Below, piece by piece: positions 13,335 to 25,505 of a stretch of 64,000 bases of DNA. Under the pieces are notes generated by a model. The model worked only from the letters and a program-made list of their open reading frames with translations. It was not told where the DNA came from and made no database searches. Numbering within the stretch: the stretch's first letter is position 1; each line of letters begins with the position of its first letter. The translations under genes and the position numbers were made by a program. The stretch is from Leucoraja ocellata (Eukaryota), in contig JAWMAR010000142.1 of NCBI GenBank assembly GCA_036785375.1, positions 2,666,001 through 2,730,000 of the forward strand, read 5' to 3'.

Positions 13335-13964
13335 GCCTATTTCCTTCTCTCCATAGATGCTGCCTCACCCGCTGAGTTTCTCCAGCATTCTTGTCTACCA
13401 AGTAAAGTCCAAGGGTCACTAATGAGGTAGATAGTAGTTCAGGACTACTCTCTACTTATGGTAGGATGATTAATTGGAAAGGATTTGTAATGTTTTTTTG
13501 CAATGAAGAGCAAATTAACAAACTGTCTGAAAAACCCTGCAACAGCATTGATGTAAATGGAAAATTCAAATATTGATTACTTTAAGGCCCCTGTGGTAAA
13601 AACATAAACTTTCACCCACTCAGTGGAATAAAACAGATTGATCTACACAGTGCAACCTGCCTAAATAAATAATTTGCTAAGAATTTTCACACTTGGGTGC
13701 AAGTTATTATTAACAAAAAGAATATATTTATTTTAACTGGGTTGTAATTAGAAACCATTCACTTCTGCAATTCCCATAGTACGGGTGTCAGAGGTTATGG
13801 GGAGAAGGCAGGAGAATGGGGTTAGGAGGGAGCAATAGATCAGCCATGGTGGAGTACACTTGACAGGCTGAGTAGCCTAATTCTGCTTCTATCACTTTTG
13901 ATCTTATGACCTCTATACCCCACCAACCTTTATTTGTCGTTTTCTATGTAAACCCTACTACTTA

Positions 13965-14126
<162 letters not shown>

Positions 14127-14400
14127 TTACTTACATTGAACTGGTTGTAGGGTACATCACCTAGTCATGGAATAACACAAAGATTAAAACCTTCTTATCT
14201 AACCAATCTGCAAAGAACTCACCCGATAAAGCCACTTGGCCTGGGACTGTCAGCCAGTCAGTGATCAATATCAAACACAATTACGAATGATACTGTATCT
14301 GACGTTATTACTAATGCGTGGAGCAAAGACTCACTCAAACAGGTCGGCTGTCAAGTCAAGCAGAAGCTTATTTAATTCAAGTGATCTTACAGCTGCAAAG

Positions 14401-15228
14401 CTACAGACAGGAAGTGTCACAGCTGGCGTCCTGGTGCCGTAGCAACAACCTAGAGCTCAATGCTCTTAAGACAGTAGAATTGATTGTAGACTTTAGGAGA
14501 GCTACCCCTCCCCTCACCATCAACAACACCACAGTCACATCTGTGGAGTCTTTTAAGTTCCTGGGAACAATAATCTCCAAGGACCTTAAGTGGGGGGCTA
14601 CCATCGACTCCACAGTCAAAAAGGCAAAACAGAGGATGTACTTCCTGCGGTAGCTGAGGAAGCACAATCTGCCACAGGCAATGATGGTCCAATTCTACAC
14701 GGCCATTGTAGAGTCTGTTCTCACCTTCTCCATCATGGTCTGGTTTGGCTCAGCCACCAAGCATCACACCTGGAGGCTGCAGCGAATCGTCCGATCAGCA
14801 TAGAAGATTATTGGCTGCAACCTTCCCTCCATTGATGAACTGTACACTGCAAGGGCCAGGAAGCGAGTGAGCAAGATAATCTCTAACCCCTCTCACCCTG
14901 GCCACAAACTCTTTGAATCACTTCCCTCTGGAAGGCGATTCCGGACTGTCAAAGCTGCCACAGCCAGACATAAAAACAGATTTTATCCACGAGTAGTTGC
15001 TCTACTCAACAGCCAAAAATCTGTAGCCTCCCTTTGATCTGGTATTTTGTTGGTTCACAAGCTTGATCAATGGTGTTTTATCATTAATGTCTTATTATTA
15101 TTAATGTTTAGTGTTTTCTGAGTCATTCGTAACTGTCACTGTATGTCATGTTGTTACTTGTGGGAGGAGCACCAAGGCAAATTCCTTGTATGTGAATACT
15201 TGGCCAATAAACTAACTTACTTACTTAC
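14401..15228 (+). mobile_element. Rex1/Babar LINE, 5'-truncated, relatively young
   Basis: YRQEVSQLASWCRSNNLELNALKTVELIVDFRR...FKFLG...KKAKQRMYFLR; in-frame stops only; AATAAA plus (ACTT)n tail; possible CAAAG TSD. Confidence 0.9.
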
Positions 15229-15494
15229 AAAGGATGCATGGCCCATCTGTCTTCATAGGCGCACTCCAAATATACTGATTATACAAAGCATGCTGCGGAC
15301 AAGCTACAGTTTCTACACCCAATGTCAGGTGTTAGCACTGAACCTGTCACTACTGACATCTTTATCCCTGCATAATTAGCTCATGCTTCGTCTGCAACAG
15401 TACAACCTCCAATAAGCTCTGAACTAAACTATTATTGTTATTATTGCACTATTATTGTTTATTTTTTAATGTGTACATATGTTAGCGTGAGCTT

Positions 15495-15650
15495 ATACTG
15501 TATATACACACTCACATATATATATATATATATACACACACACATATACGCACACACACACACACACAGTTTTATATAATAATAGATATATTATACACGC
15601 ACACATACGTGCACATAAAAACAAACAATAATAGTGCAATAATAGCATAC

Positions 15651-15689
<39 letters not shown>

Positions 15690-15750
15690 CACACACATAT
15701 ATATATACACATATATGTATATGTGCAGGTATGTATGTATATATACATAA
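15495..15750. repeat. Compound (TA)n/(CA)n microsatellite inside a retroposon 3' UTR
   Basis: Direct reading of the sequence. Confidence 0.9.
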
Positions 15751-16700
15751 AACAAACCTTTTTTTCTCGTTCATGATATTGGTCACAGTGTACTATGTTT
15801 ACATATTCTGTTGTGTTGCTACAAGTAAGAATTTAATTGTTCTATCTGGGACACATGACAATAAAACACCCTTGACCACGTCACCTGGCCTCATTAATGC
15901 TTGCGCTGTTACAGTGGAGGCATCCATGGAGGATGTTTGGGGGGCATCATTACTACCATGGGGAATTGCCCTGTCCTGCTTCATCCAGATGGTGTTGAGC
16001 TTGTTGAATATTATTGTAGACGAGTCATTTTCAGAAATCTGGTGTCATGCAAGCAAGCAAGTGCCATATCATAGCGCCATCACCCACACCCACTATCAAT
16101 GGGCTGATGATAGGCAGCACTGGATTTGTTCAGCATTTTGTGAACAGGTTGTACTTTTAAAATGTTTCATATTGTCAGGTTGATGCCCCTGTTAAGTACT
16201 GAAGCAGCTTACCTAGACACCCAGCTAGTTCTGTGTGCAGGTTGTTAATATTACAGCAAGGATAGTGTCTGCTCCCAGTCTGTGATGCTCCCTATGGCTC
16301 AACTATTTCTACAATGTCTAAGCATGTTCCAGAGCTTTTTGTAAATTAGCATCTGCAGTTCCTTGTGTCTATGTTCCCAAGCTGTTGGTGCAGTCCACTC
16401 CTGATCCAATGTGAACTAACATCATTTTCTCCCAAAATCATTAATCCAATGATAGATACAGGAACAGTACAATCATGTTAATCAATTTGTCAGTGCAATG
16501 AGTATAAATTAAGGTTTGCATTGTTAATTTCACCACTATTTTTACTGCATTTCTCTGTCCACTACACCTCTGACTGAGTATTTATTTGTTAACATGACCA
16601 AATATAACTTCCTTCTCTATATCTTTGGCGTTTATCTCTTCCTCCCAGAGTAATGGGTGGACAGACATCTTCTGCAGAGCAGCGTAAATGTAAACATAAC

Positions 16701-16998
16701 CACGGCAGCACAGCGGTAGAGTTGCTGCCTTACAGCACCTGAGATCCGGGTTCGATCCTGACTGTGGATGCTGTCTGTATGGAGTTTGTACGTTCTCCCC
16801 GTGACCACGTGGGTTTTCTCCGGGTGCTCCAGCTTCCTCCCACACTCCAAAGACGTACAGGTTTGAATGTTAATTGGCTTTGACAATTGTAAATTGTCCC
16901 TGATCTGTAGGGCAGTACTAGTGTATGGGGTGAGCACTGGTCAGTGTGGATTGGTGGGCCCAAGAGCCTGATTCATCACTGTATCTCTAAAGTCTAAA
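16701..16998 (+). mobile_element. HE1-like V-SINE (tRNA-derived head, V-domain, CR1-derived tail)
   Basis: A-box/B-box-like head (GGTTCGATCC), V-domain GGAGTTTGTACGTTCTCCCCGTG...TTCCTCCCACACTCCAAAGAC, tail TGTATCTCTAAA. Confidence 0.9.
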
Positions 16999-17137
16999 AT
17001 AACCATATATTGTGATGTAACTATACTTCCGCCAAAGACGGTAACGCAGGTTAGGCTCTTGACAATTTGGTGCCTCACCCAAGGGTCTATTTTAGGATGT
17101 ACTTTCTAGTAACAAGTCGAAACACATAGTAAGGCAG

Positions 17138-17438
17138 CACGGTGGCGCAGCGATAGTTGCTGGCTTACAGCACCAGTAGACCCACTTTCGATCCCGACTA
17201 CAGGTGCCGTCTGTACGGGGTTTGTACATTCTCTCTGTGACCGCACGGGTTTCCTCTGGGATCTTTGGCTTCCTCTCCCACTCCAAAGACGTGCAGGTTT
17301 GTAGGTTAATTGGCTTGGTACAAGAGTAAATTGTCCTTAGTGTGTGTAGTATAGTGTTAATGCGCGTGGATCGCTGGTCGGTGCGGACTCAGTGGGCCGA
17401 AAGGCCTGTTTCCGCGCTGTATCTCTAAACTAAACTAA
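17138..17438 (+). mobile_element. HE1-like V-SINE, full length
   Basis: CACGGTGGCGCAGCG head through GGCCTGTTTCCGCGCTGTATCT(CTAAA)n tail. Confidence 0.92.
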
Positions 17439-18208
17439 TCTGTTACACTGTTGCCGGAATGTCTCTGATCTGGGTGAAGTAAGGCTGGGTGTAACAAACC
17501 GTTCATTTAAATCCATTGCATGGGGGTAAAGGTTGAATGAGATTATTCCTGTTTTACAGCATGCCATCATCTGACCAACTAATTTAATTTCCCTCTGACC
17601 CTAAGCAAATCTGCCTTCCGCTAGAATCTCAGATCCGTCAAGAACAATCGCACAAGAACACTGTGACGCTGAGAGTGGGAAGGATTGTGTTACCATCTTT
17701 AAATAGGAAGATAAATTAATTCAAGGGAAGTTAAACTGATTGTAATATAAGCACTTCGGGCAGTATAGATAGCACCTTCTCCTTATTTTGATATGTCTCT
17801 TTTCTCAGAATTAGCCCAACTGTTCCTTGGAAGAGAAATTCCCTAATTGAAAACAATGATGTTGGATACAAAGACTTCTGTTGTATTGTGTCGCTGCTTC
17901 CACCATTCATCTTTTCACTGAGAACATTACCACAGAACACACCATCGGTAATAAATAGCCACAACACAACAGAACCAAGGTGCAGAGGTGTGGACTCTCT
18001 GATGTTGCAGTTCGTGATGCAGATATACTCTTTATAGCACTTTATTTCTCTGAGCAATATATTTATTCAGTTCAAATAATCCAGTTGCATTTTACAAAAT
18101 ATTTTATCTGATTCAGCATGAAGAAGAGTGGCTCTGAAATTGATTGACTTATGAAGCTTTGCTCTGTGGAAGATTCGTACACCACCATTGAACGAAAGGG
18201 CAAAATAT

Positions 18209-18437
18209 CTGTTGAAACAAGGAACTGCAGATGTTGATTTTTACCAAAGATAGACACAAACTACTGGAGTAACTCGGCAAGTCAGGCAGCGTCTCCGGAG
18301 AGAAAAGTTGGGTGACGTTTCAGGTCGGGACCTTCTTCAGTCTGAGGAAAGGTCCTGACCCAAAATGTCACCCAGTCTTTTTCTGCGGAGATGCTGCCTG
18401 ACGCACTGAGTTACTCCAGCACATTGTGCCTATCTTT
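18209..18437. mobile_element. Inverted-dimer PLE-derived element with back-to-back hammerhead motifs, 11-bp TSD
   Basis: Arms of about 100 bp are imperfect reverse complements; GGGCAAAATAT at 18198-18208 and 18438-18448. Confidence 0.85.
18314..18340 (-). ncRNA. Minimal hammerhead ribozyme core
   Basis: Minus strand reads CTGAAGA-AGGTC-CC-GACCT-GAAAC-GTC. Confidence 0.7.
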
Positions 18438-19669
18438 GGGCAAAATATTCGCCTATGCACTGGGTGCAAAATACTGTTGAAGATCGACCGAGAAATCTCT
18501 AACCTTGCATTGAGTAATGGTGGAATAAATGTCCTGGGTCTCACCTGTGGTCTTGCCTTTCATATTCTTCTGCCACAGAGATTAATGCTGCATGAATCAT
18601 GTGGTGATTACTTTGTGGAAAGCTGGTCCTCAGTTGGTGGAGGAATAATGGGCTGGACAGGGGCACACAGTAGAGGGATCTTGGAAATACGACGAACTGC
18701 AGATGCTAGCTCACAAAGAAAGAGACAAAGTGCTGGAGTAACTCAGTGGGTCAGGCAACATTGCTGGAGGACATGGGTAGACGATGTTAAAAGTGTATGT
18801 AAAACACTGCTATGGTACCATCGCAAACAAGGGAGTCCAAGTACAGTGGATAATATTTCTCTCAATGACAAATTCTGCTTGATGCATGTGAGTTACTTGT
18901 TGTAGTCTATGCTACAGGTTTACTTGTTAAAAGACTGGTTGCATTCAAAAGGGTCAGAGGCTAAGAAATAGGGACAATAGAAAGCAATGAGTTCACCCCA
19001 ACCATTCCACACAATGCGGCTGCTCTTTGCTCCAGCACCATGTTCCTGCCCTAGCCTCATGTCTGAGGATTCTTCTAATAACCAGAAAGCAAATTAATGG
19101 TTGAACCTTAATTGTCTCCAGTTGCGGAGATTTCCAAAGATTCACCACTTCATGAGTGAAGAAGCTTCTCCTAATTTCAGTCGTAAATGGACAGCCACTT
19201 ATTTTCAGTCTGACTCCTAGTTCCCAAAGTTTCAGTCATCCTCCCTGCAGCTAACTAGTGGAACCCTCATTGGCAGGAAGGGAGATGATAAGCATCATTT
19301 GAGCGCTAGTTTATTTATTGACATTGCTCTCCATTAAACAAAGTTGTTACTCTCGCCCTCCTATTTATGTGGGCCATAGTTTCCAATTTTACTCTGAGAA
19401 CATAACTATTTCAAGTGCATAAATACACACAATAACTTGGTCTCATATTGGCTTAAATTCAAATCGTTTTAAAGCACACCAACATAGGAATGCATTTGCT
19501 CCGAAAGCTTGTACTGTGCAAATACCAAACACTGATCAACATATGTCAGGCAAGGATAATAAGGGTTAGATGGCCATAAAAGGTAAATGGAGTTAAGATA
19601 TGGATTAGCTATGATCTAATGACCAGAAACGGGCTCCAGAACTCGCAATTTTACTCGTTTTGAGTTACA

Positions 19670-19932
19670 GCATGGAAACAACATGGACTGGCCACCCACC
19701 CAGTCCACGCCAACTCATACACTAGTTCTATGTTATCCCATGTTCCCATTCTACACACTAGAGGCAATCTTACAGAAGCCAATTAATAAAACCGCACGTC
19801 TGCAATGTGGGAGGAAACCGGAGTACCAGAGAGAATATACTAACTACACGCAGACAGCCCCCGAGGTCAGGATCGAACCCGGGTCCCTGGCATTGTGAGG
19901 CGGTTGATCTAACACTGCGCCAGTGTGCCGCT
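19670..19932 (-). mobile_element. HE1-like V-SINE (partly duplicated at 22561-22742)
   Basis: Reverse-strand SINE motifs GTGGGAGGAAACCGGAG and CAGGATCGAACCCGGGTC. Confidence 0.85.
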
Positions 19933-20581
19933 CTGTCTAACATACAAACAAAATCCTAAATGACTGAAGAAAGGGAAGGGTAGTCTTTACATTCACTTCA
20001 TCTCAAATTACTCTGTCAATAAAACAAAATTAATTCTGAGCCAGTGATGGAAAATAAATTCTATTCATCAACTACTTCCTCAGTCTGATGATTCAGAGAA
20101 GGAGACGAAATGGAAGGTTTATACACCGATGATATACTCTGCCCGCTGAGTTAATCCAGCATTTTGTGTCTATTTTCGATTCGGCAAAGTAAATTACTTG
20201 GAAAACAGTTTGGTAGCCAGCGCCCTTGATGATGTTCAAGCCGTCTCTTCTGAGAGAGCTTTCACATTCCCAGCTATTGCCGCGCCCAGTTTCTTCTGGC
20301 CGCCACAACCTTCATCATTCATTTCCAACGGTCAACAGGGATTTAAATAAAACAGCAAATAATAACAAAGGTAGTGCCTAGTTTTGTAAAATTCAATGAC
20401 CAAAAAGTATCTTATTTCTGAAAGTGAAACAAAAATGATAACAATCTTAATTACCATGGCTAAGCATGTTTATGCCAGTAACAGTTTTCTAAGAAATTGT
20501 AGATGCCGAATAGATTGCTGATTCAGTCATGTCCTAACAATGCCATGAAAGGGCGTTCCACAGTTGAACAAAAACAACAAT

Positions 20582-21796
20582 TTTCTTTTTTTTAATTTGT
20601 TTATTTGTTCCGAACAAGTAAAGACATAAATAGGAATAAATAACAACAACAAAATCGAAGTAGTCAAACAATTGGACATTCCAGGCAATATTTGCAAAGC
20701 AATGAAAAGCATAAAGCAAAATTTAAATGTCCAACACTTTTTCTTTACAAGCTCGAAAAGGAGTGAGAAGAAGAATAACTTATTTAATCTCACCCCTTCT
20801 CCCTAAACCCTTCTTCCAAATTTAATAATTAATTAATTAATAATAATAATACCCTAGACAATTTTTAGAGATGCATACAGACATGTATATACATACAACT
20901 GATATACATATACAAGTAATTTGTATGAAGTAACCAAAAAACATAAATAAATAATAAATAAAATAATAAATAAACATTAACCCCTGTTTGTCAACCATCC
21001 CCTTCATCCCTGTACCTTGTGAAAAAAAGTTTTTTGTATGTCATTTTGAACTGGTTCATATTTGGACATTGCTTTAACTCCACATTCAAACTGTTCCACA
21101 ATCCTACTCCACAGACCGAAATACAAAATGTTTTTCTGATCGTGCGGACTCTTTGTACCTTAAAATTAAATATTCTTCTTAAATTATAACCCCCCACTCG
21201 CTCATTGAATAATTTTTGTATATTTCCAGGTAAGTTTTTATTTTTGGCCCTAAACATTATCTGTGCTGTTTTAAATGCAACCAAATCTTCTAATTTTAAT
21301 AATTTTGACCGTAAGAATAATGGATTAGTGTGACCCAGATACCTGACATTGTGAATAATACGTATTGCTCTTTTTTGCAGAATAGTTAATGAATGTAGCG
21401 AACTTTTATAGTTATTGCCCCAGACTTCTGCACAGTAATTTAAATAGGGTAAGATTAGTGAACAGTAGAGAATGCGGAGTGATTTGTGATCCCGAACCTG
21501 CTTAACTTTGTGTAATACAGAAATGCTTTTTGACAGTTTGGATTGTACATGTTTAATGTGTGATTTCCAGCTGATTCTATCATCCATTATAACCCCAATA
21601 CATTTATTTTCATGAACTTGTTCAATTTTAACCCCATTTATCTTTATATTTGCTTGTGTAATTGATCTGCAATTACCAAATAACATTATTTTGGTTTTGC
21701 TCAAGTTTAAAGATATTTTGTTCCTGTCAAACCATGTTTTCAGTTTGCCCATTTCTTTTGTTATTTTGTCCAGTAGTTGTTTTAAATTCTCCCCAG
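20582..21796 (-). mobile_element. 5'-truncated L2/Crack-like non-LTR retrotransposon with 6-bp TSD
   Basis: AACAAT at 20576-20581 and 21797-21802; A-rich 3' tail with AATAAA on minus strand; absent from duplicate copy 2. Confidence 0.9.
20991..21752 (-). CDS. C-terminal part of LINE ORF2 (post-RT/thumb region), uninterrupted but 5'-truncated
   Basis: WFDRNKISLNLSKTKIMLF...ISWKSHI...LYCSLILPYLNYCAEVWG...LQKRAIRII...HTNPLF...GVGLWNSL; frame stays open up to the truncation point. Confidence 0.85.
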   Translation of the reverse strand: MGKLKTWFDRNKISLNLSKTKIMLFGNCRSITQANIKINGVKIEQVHENKCIGVIMDDRISWKSHIKHVQSKLSKSISVLHKVKQVRDHKSLRILYCSLILPYLNYCAEVWGNNYKSSLHSLTILQKRAIRIIHNVRYLGHTNPLFLRSKLLKLEDLVAFKTAQIMFRAKNKNLPGNIQKLFNERVGGYNLRRIFNFKVQRVRTIRKTFCISVCGVGLWNSLNVELKQCPNMNQFKMTYKKLFFTRYRDEGDG

Positions 21797-22560
21797 AACA
21801 ATGGAACCTGCTTCAAAAAGATATGACTTTATACAAAACCATATTTTTGTACTGATTGAAATTCAATATTGAAAAGGTTCAAATTTCTAGTTTTATGGAG
21901 TATTGCCATATTACTCAGAACCTCAAACCATTTCAGACTATTTTAGCCGATCAGACAGATAAGGAGGAAGTCAGCTAAATTAGCCTCACCCAAATTACAA
22001 TTTGAAGAAGTCACACTGACGAAATACTGTGCATTATTAAAATATTACAACAAGCATAGAAAATCAATTAAATGATTTTAATTGCAAAACAAAACCTGCT
22101 GGAGGAATTCAGCAGGTCTGGCAGCGTCCGTGGAGAAAAATGGAAAGATGATGTTTTGGGTCGGGACATTTCTTTCTCTCCATTTCCTTCCACAGGTGCT
22201 GCTTGGCCTTCTGAGTTCTTTCAGTAGATTTGTATTTTGCTCAAGATTCCAGCATCATTAGCCACTTCCAGCCCTGCTGAGTGCCCCCCACCCCCCATGG
22301 GCTGTCTCCCTCGGATGGTCACTTTAGTCTGTTTGAACTGATTTGACAATTTTACTGTTCTTTTTACAAACCATGTTCTCGGGGTATCTAAATCTAAATT
22401 TTATTAGTTATTTAAGTTATGACAATGGATGGAAGCTGCATACCAACTCTCGTTGTGCTTATGTGCAATGACAATAAAATATATTATTATTATTATTATT
22501 ATTCATGCAGATTCCAGCATCTGCGTTCTGTTGCATCTTCAACTGATTGTGTTTTTTTCC

Positions 22561-23487
22561 CAGAAGCCAATTAATAAAACCGCACGTCTGCAATGTGGGA
22601 GGAAACCGGAGCACCTGGAGACTTGCACGCGGTCACAGGGAGAATATATTATCTCCACGCAGACAGCACCCGAGGTCAGGATCGAACCCGGGTCCCTGGC
22701 ATTGTGAGGCGGTTGATCTAACACTGCGCCAGTGTGCCGCTCTGTCTAACATACAAACAAAATCCCAAATGTCTGAAGAAAGAGAAGGGTAGTCTTTACA
22801 TTCACTTCATCTCAAATTACTCTAAAATTAATTCTGAGCCAGTGATGGAAAATAAATTCTATTCATCAACTAGTTCCTCAGTCTGATGATTCAGAGAAGG
22901 AGACGAAATGGAAGGTTTATACACCGATGATATACTCTGCCCGCTGAGTTAATCCAGCATTTTGTGTCTATTTTCGATTCGGCAAAGTAAATTACTTGGA
23001 AAACAGTTTGGTAGCCAGCGCCCTTGATGATGTTCAAGCCGTCTCTTCTGAGAGAGCTTTCACATTCCCAGCTATTGCCGCGCCCAGTTTCTTCTGGCTG
23101 CCACAACCTTCATCATTCATTTCCAACGGTCAACAGGGATTTAAATAAAACAGCAAATAATAACAAAGGTAGTGCCTAGTTTTGTAAAATTCAATGACCA
23201 AAGTAACTTATTTCTGAAAGTGAAACAAAAATGATAACAATCTTAATTACCATGGCTAAGCATGTTTATGCCAGTAACAGTTTTCTAAGAAATTGTAGAT
23301 GTCGAATAGATTGCCGATTCAGTCATGTCCTAACAATGCCGTGAATGGGCGTTCCACAGTTGAACAAAAACATCAATGGAACCTTCTTAAAAAAGATATG
23401 ACTTTATACAAAACCATATTTTTGTACTGATTGAAATTCATTATTGAAAAGGTTCAAATTTCTAGTTTTATGGAGTATTGCCATATT
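22561..23487 (+). repeat. Local duplication copy 2 (empty LINE site)
   Basis: Reads ...TGAACAAAAACATCAATGGAACC... continuously at ~23361-23383. Confidence 0.95.
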
Positions 23488-24377
23488 GCCATATTGAACA
23501 TGACCGTGACCCTCCTTGGTTCACGACGTGATATTCTGGAAATTTGATGAGCTTCCTCCGAGCCTGAGTTGCTCTAGCATCCGTGAGGTGATTTCCAAGT
23601 CAGGACAGCACAAGCTGATGGAGCATTACAGGAGCACCTGGACATTTACCTGGAACAACCGTCCATGTGCCCCTTCAGGACTATGTGGTCCTTCCATAAA
23701 GTGCTGAATTGACATCAATGTGTTAAGTCTCTTGCTTGCCTTTTATTCCTCTACTATTTTAATCAGTCCCCCCTCCCTCCCCCATCACCCAACCTCTATC
23801 CCAATCTGTTGATCACCTAATCCCACTACCTAACTCACCCGAGACCTAGGCCCCAAAACAAAATCTCCAATTAATCTATCCCCAACTTGTCTCATTCTTG
23901 GCCTGATCGTTCCCCTCTCCCCCCTACATTACCCACCTCAACAACAACACAGATCTCTCCCTTACATCTGCACAACCCTGACAGCAAAGACCCCTGATGG
24001 CTCTCATTCCCAGTCGGCAGAACACGTGGCTCTGATGCGGCTGGTCCTGACAACCACAAACTGAACTGAAGAAGGGTCTCCACCATTAACGTCACTCATT
24101 CTTTCTCACGAGAGATGTTGCGTGTCCCGCTCAGTTACTCCAGCATTTTGTGTCTATCTACAGGGCTCCGTTTCCCATCTTGTCTCCCCAACAGTCAATG
24201 TCCAAAGTATCAAAACACGTCATCAAGACCCACCGTTAAAGTATCATTGTTTTAGTAGAGCCTCTTTAAAAATAAGCTTGTTATTTGTATCCAGATGTAA
24301 GTATAAGTACATGAAGTGGCTAATGACAATAGAGGCGATCTGTGCCCGTCAGCCTTCCCGCTGCACCCGCTCTGCAT

Positions 24378-24473
24378 CTGAAGAAAAGCCTTTAATTACT
24401 TGTGTGATCTAAATATATTAGGGTGCTCCCTAATATATTTAGATCACAAAAGTAACTAAAGGCTTTTCTTCAG
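24378..24473. repeat. Near-perfect hairpin: 46-bp arms, 4-nt loop
   Basis: 24378-24423 versus the reverse complement of 24428-24473: 2 mismatches; loop TGCT. Confidence 0.95.
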
Positions 24474-24834
24474 TGTGGAAGTATATGCAGGGCTCTCGCT
24501 TAACTTTTTTTCCCTGTTGCCAGCCGGGCAACCTTGGCAGCTTTTTAGGTTGCCAAATCACAGTTTAGGTGGTCATTTAAGATGGCTTGCATGACGTGTG
24601 CGATAATGTGCTCGGATGAAGTCGGAATTATGGTCAATGAAGCATTCACATATTATTTCTGCTTCAAATAAAGTCACAAACTAAACATATTCACCAATCG
24701 AGACATGATATATACCACAATGACATGCAGCAAAATTACAATACGGTATCTCATCTCTTTTTACACATTGCAATGAATGCAATTTCTATTATCTCTTTCC
24801 ACTTCCAAACCAAAATATGGTTATTCAGCGTATG

Positions 24835-25280
24835 ATCAACCTCGGTGAGACCAAGCGCAGGCTTGGCGATCGCTTCGCACAACACCTCCACTCAGTTTGC
24901 AATAACCAACCTGATCTCCCGGTGGCCCAGCACTTCAACTCCCCCTCCCATTCCGAATCCGACCTTTCTGTCCTGGGCTTCCTCCATGGCCAGGGTGAGG
25001 CCCACCGCAAATTGGAGGAGCAGCACCTCATATTTTGCTTGGGTAGCTTACACCCCAGCGGTATGAACATTGGCTTCTCCAATTTCAGGTAGTCCTTGCT
25101 TTCTCCCTACTTCCCCTCCCATTCCCAGCTCTCCCACAGCCTACTGTCTCCGCCTCTTCCTTTCTTTTTCCCGCCCCCTCCACCCCTCCCGACATCAGTC
25201 TGAAGAAGGGTCTCGCCTATTTCCTTCGCTCCATAGATGCTGCCTCACCTGCTGAGTTTCTCCAACATTTTCGTCTACCC
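24835..25280 (+). mobile_element. Penelope-like element 3' fragment (GIY-YIG endonuclease C-terminus plus terminal repeat)
   Basis: GETKRRLGDRFAQHL...PVAQHFNSPSH...RKLEEQHLIFCLGSLHPSGMN, followed by CAGTCTGAAGAAGGGTCTC (hammerhead partly deleted). Confidence 0.92.
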
Positions 25281-25282
25281 AT

Positions 25283-25505
25283 TCACACAAGTTCTGTTAT
25301 CCCACTCTCCTCACCCACTCCCTGCACATTAGGGGCTATTTTACAGAAACAAGTTAACCTACAAAGCCAATGCGTCTTTGGGATGTGGGAGGAAACCCAC
25401 ACGCTTGTAGGGAGAATGTGCAAATTCAACACAGACAGTGCCCGAGAACAAGATCGAACACAGATCTCTGGCATGTGAGGCAGGAAGTCCACCAGCTGTG
25501 CCACT
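25283..25505 (-). mobile_element. HE1-like V-SINE nested in the hAT-like element
   Basis: TGTGGGAGGAAACC and GATCGAAC reverse-strand motifs. Confidence 0.8.

Larger units (their letters stand above)
19773..21912 (+). repeat. Local duplication copy 1 (~0.92 kb unit, interrupted by LINE 20582-21796)
   Basis: Near-identical to 22561-23487 on both sides of the LINE. Confidence 0.95.

Noticed and set aside
16701-16775. tRNA-like sequences at SINE heads
   Set aside because: They continue into the V-domain and LINE-derived tail; no complete cloverleaf.
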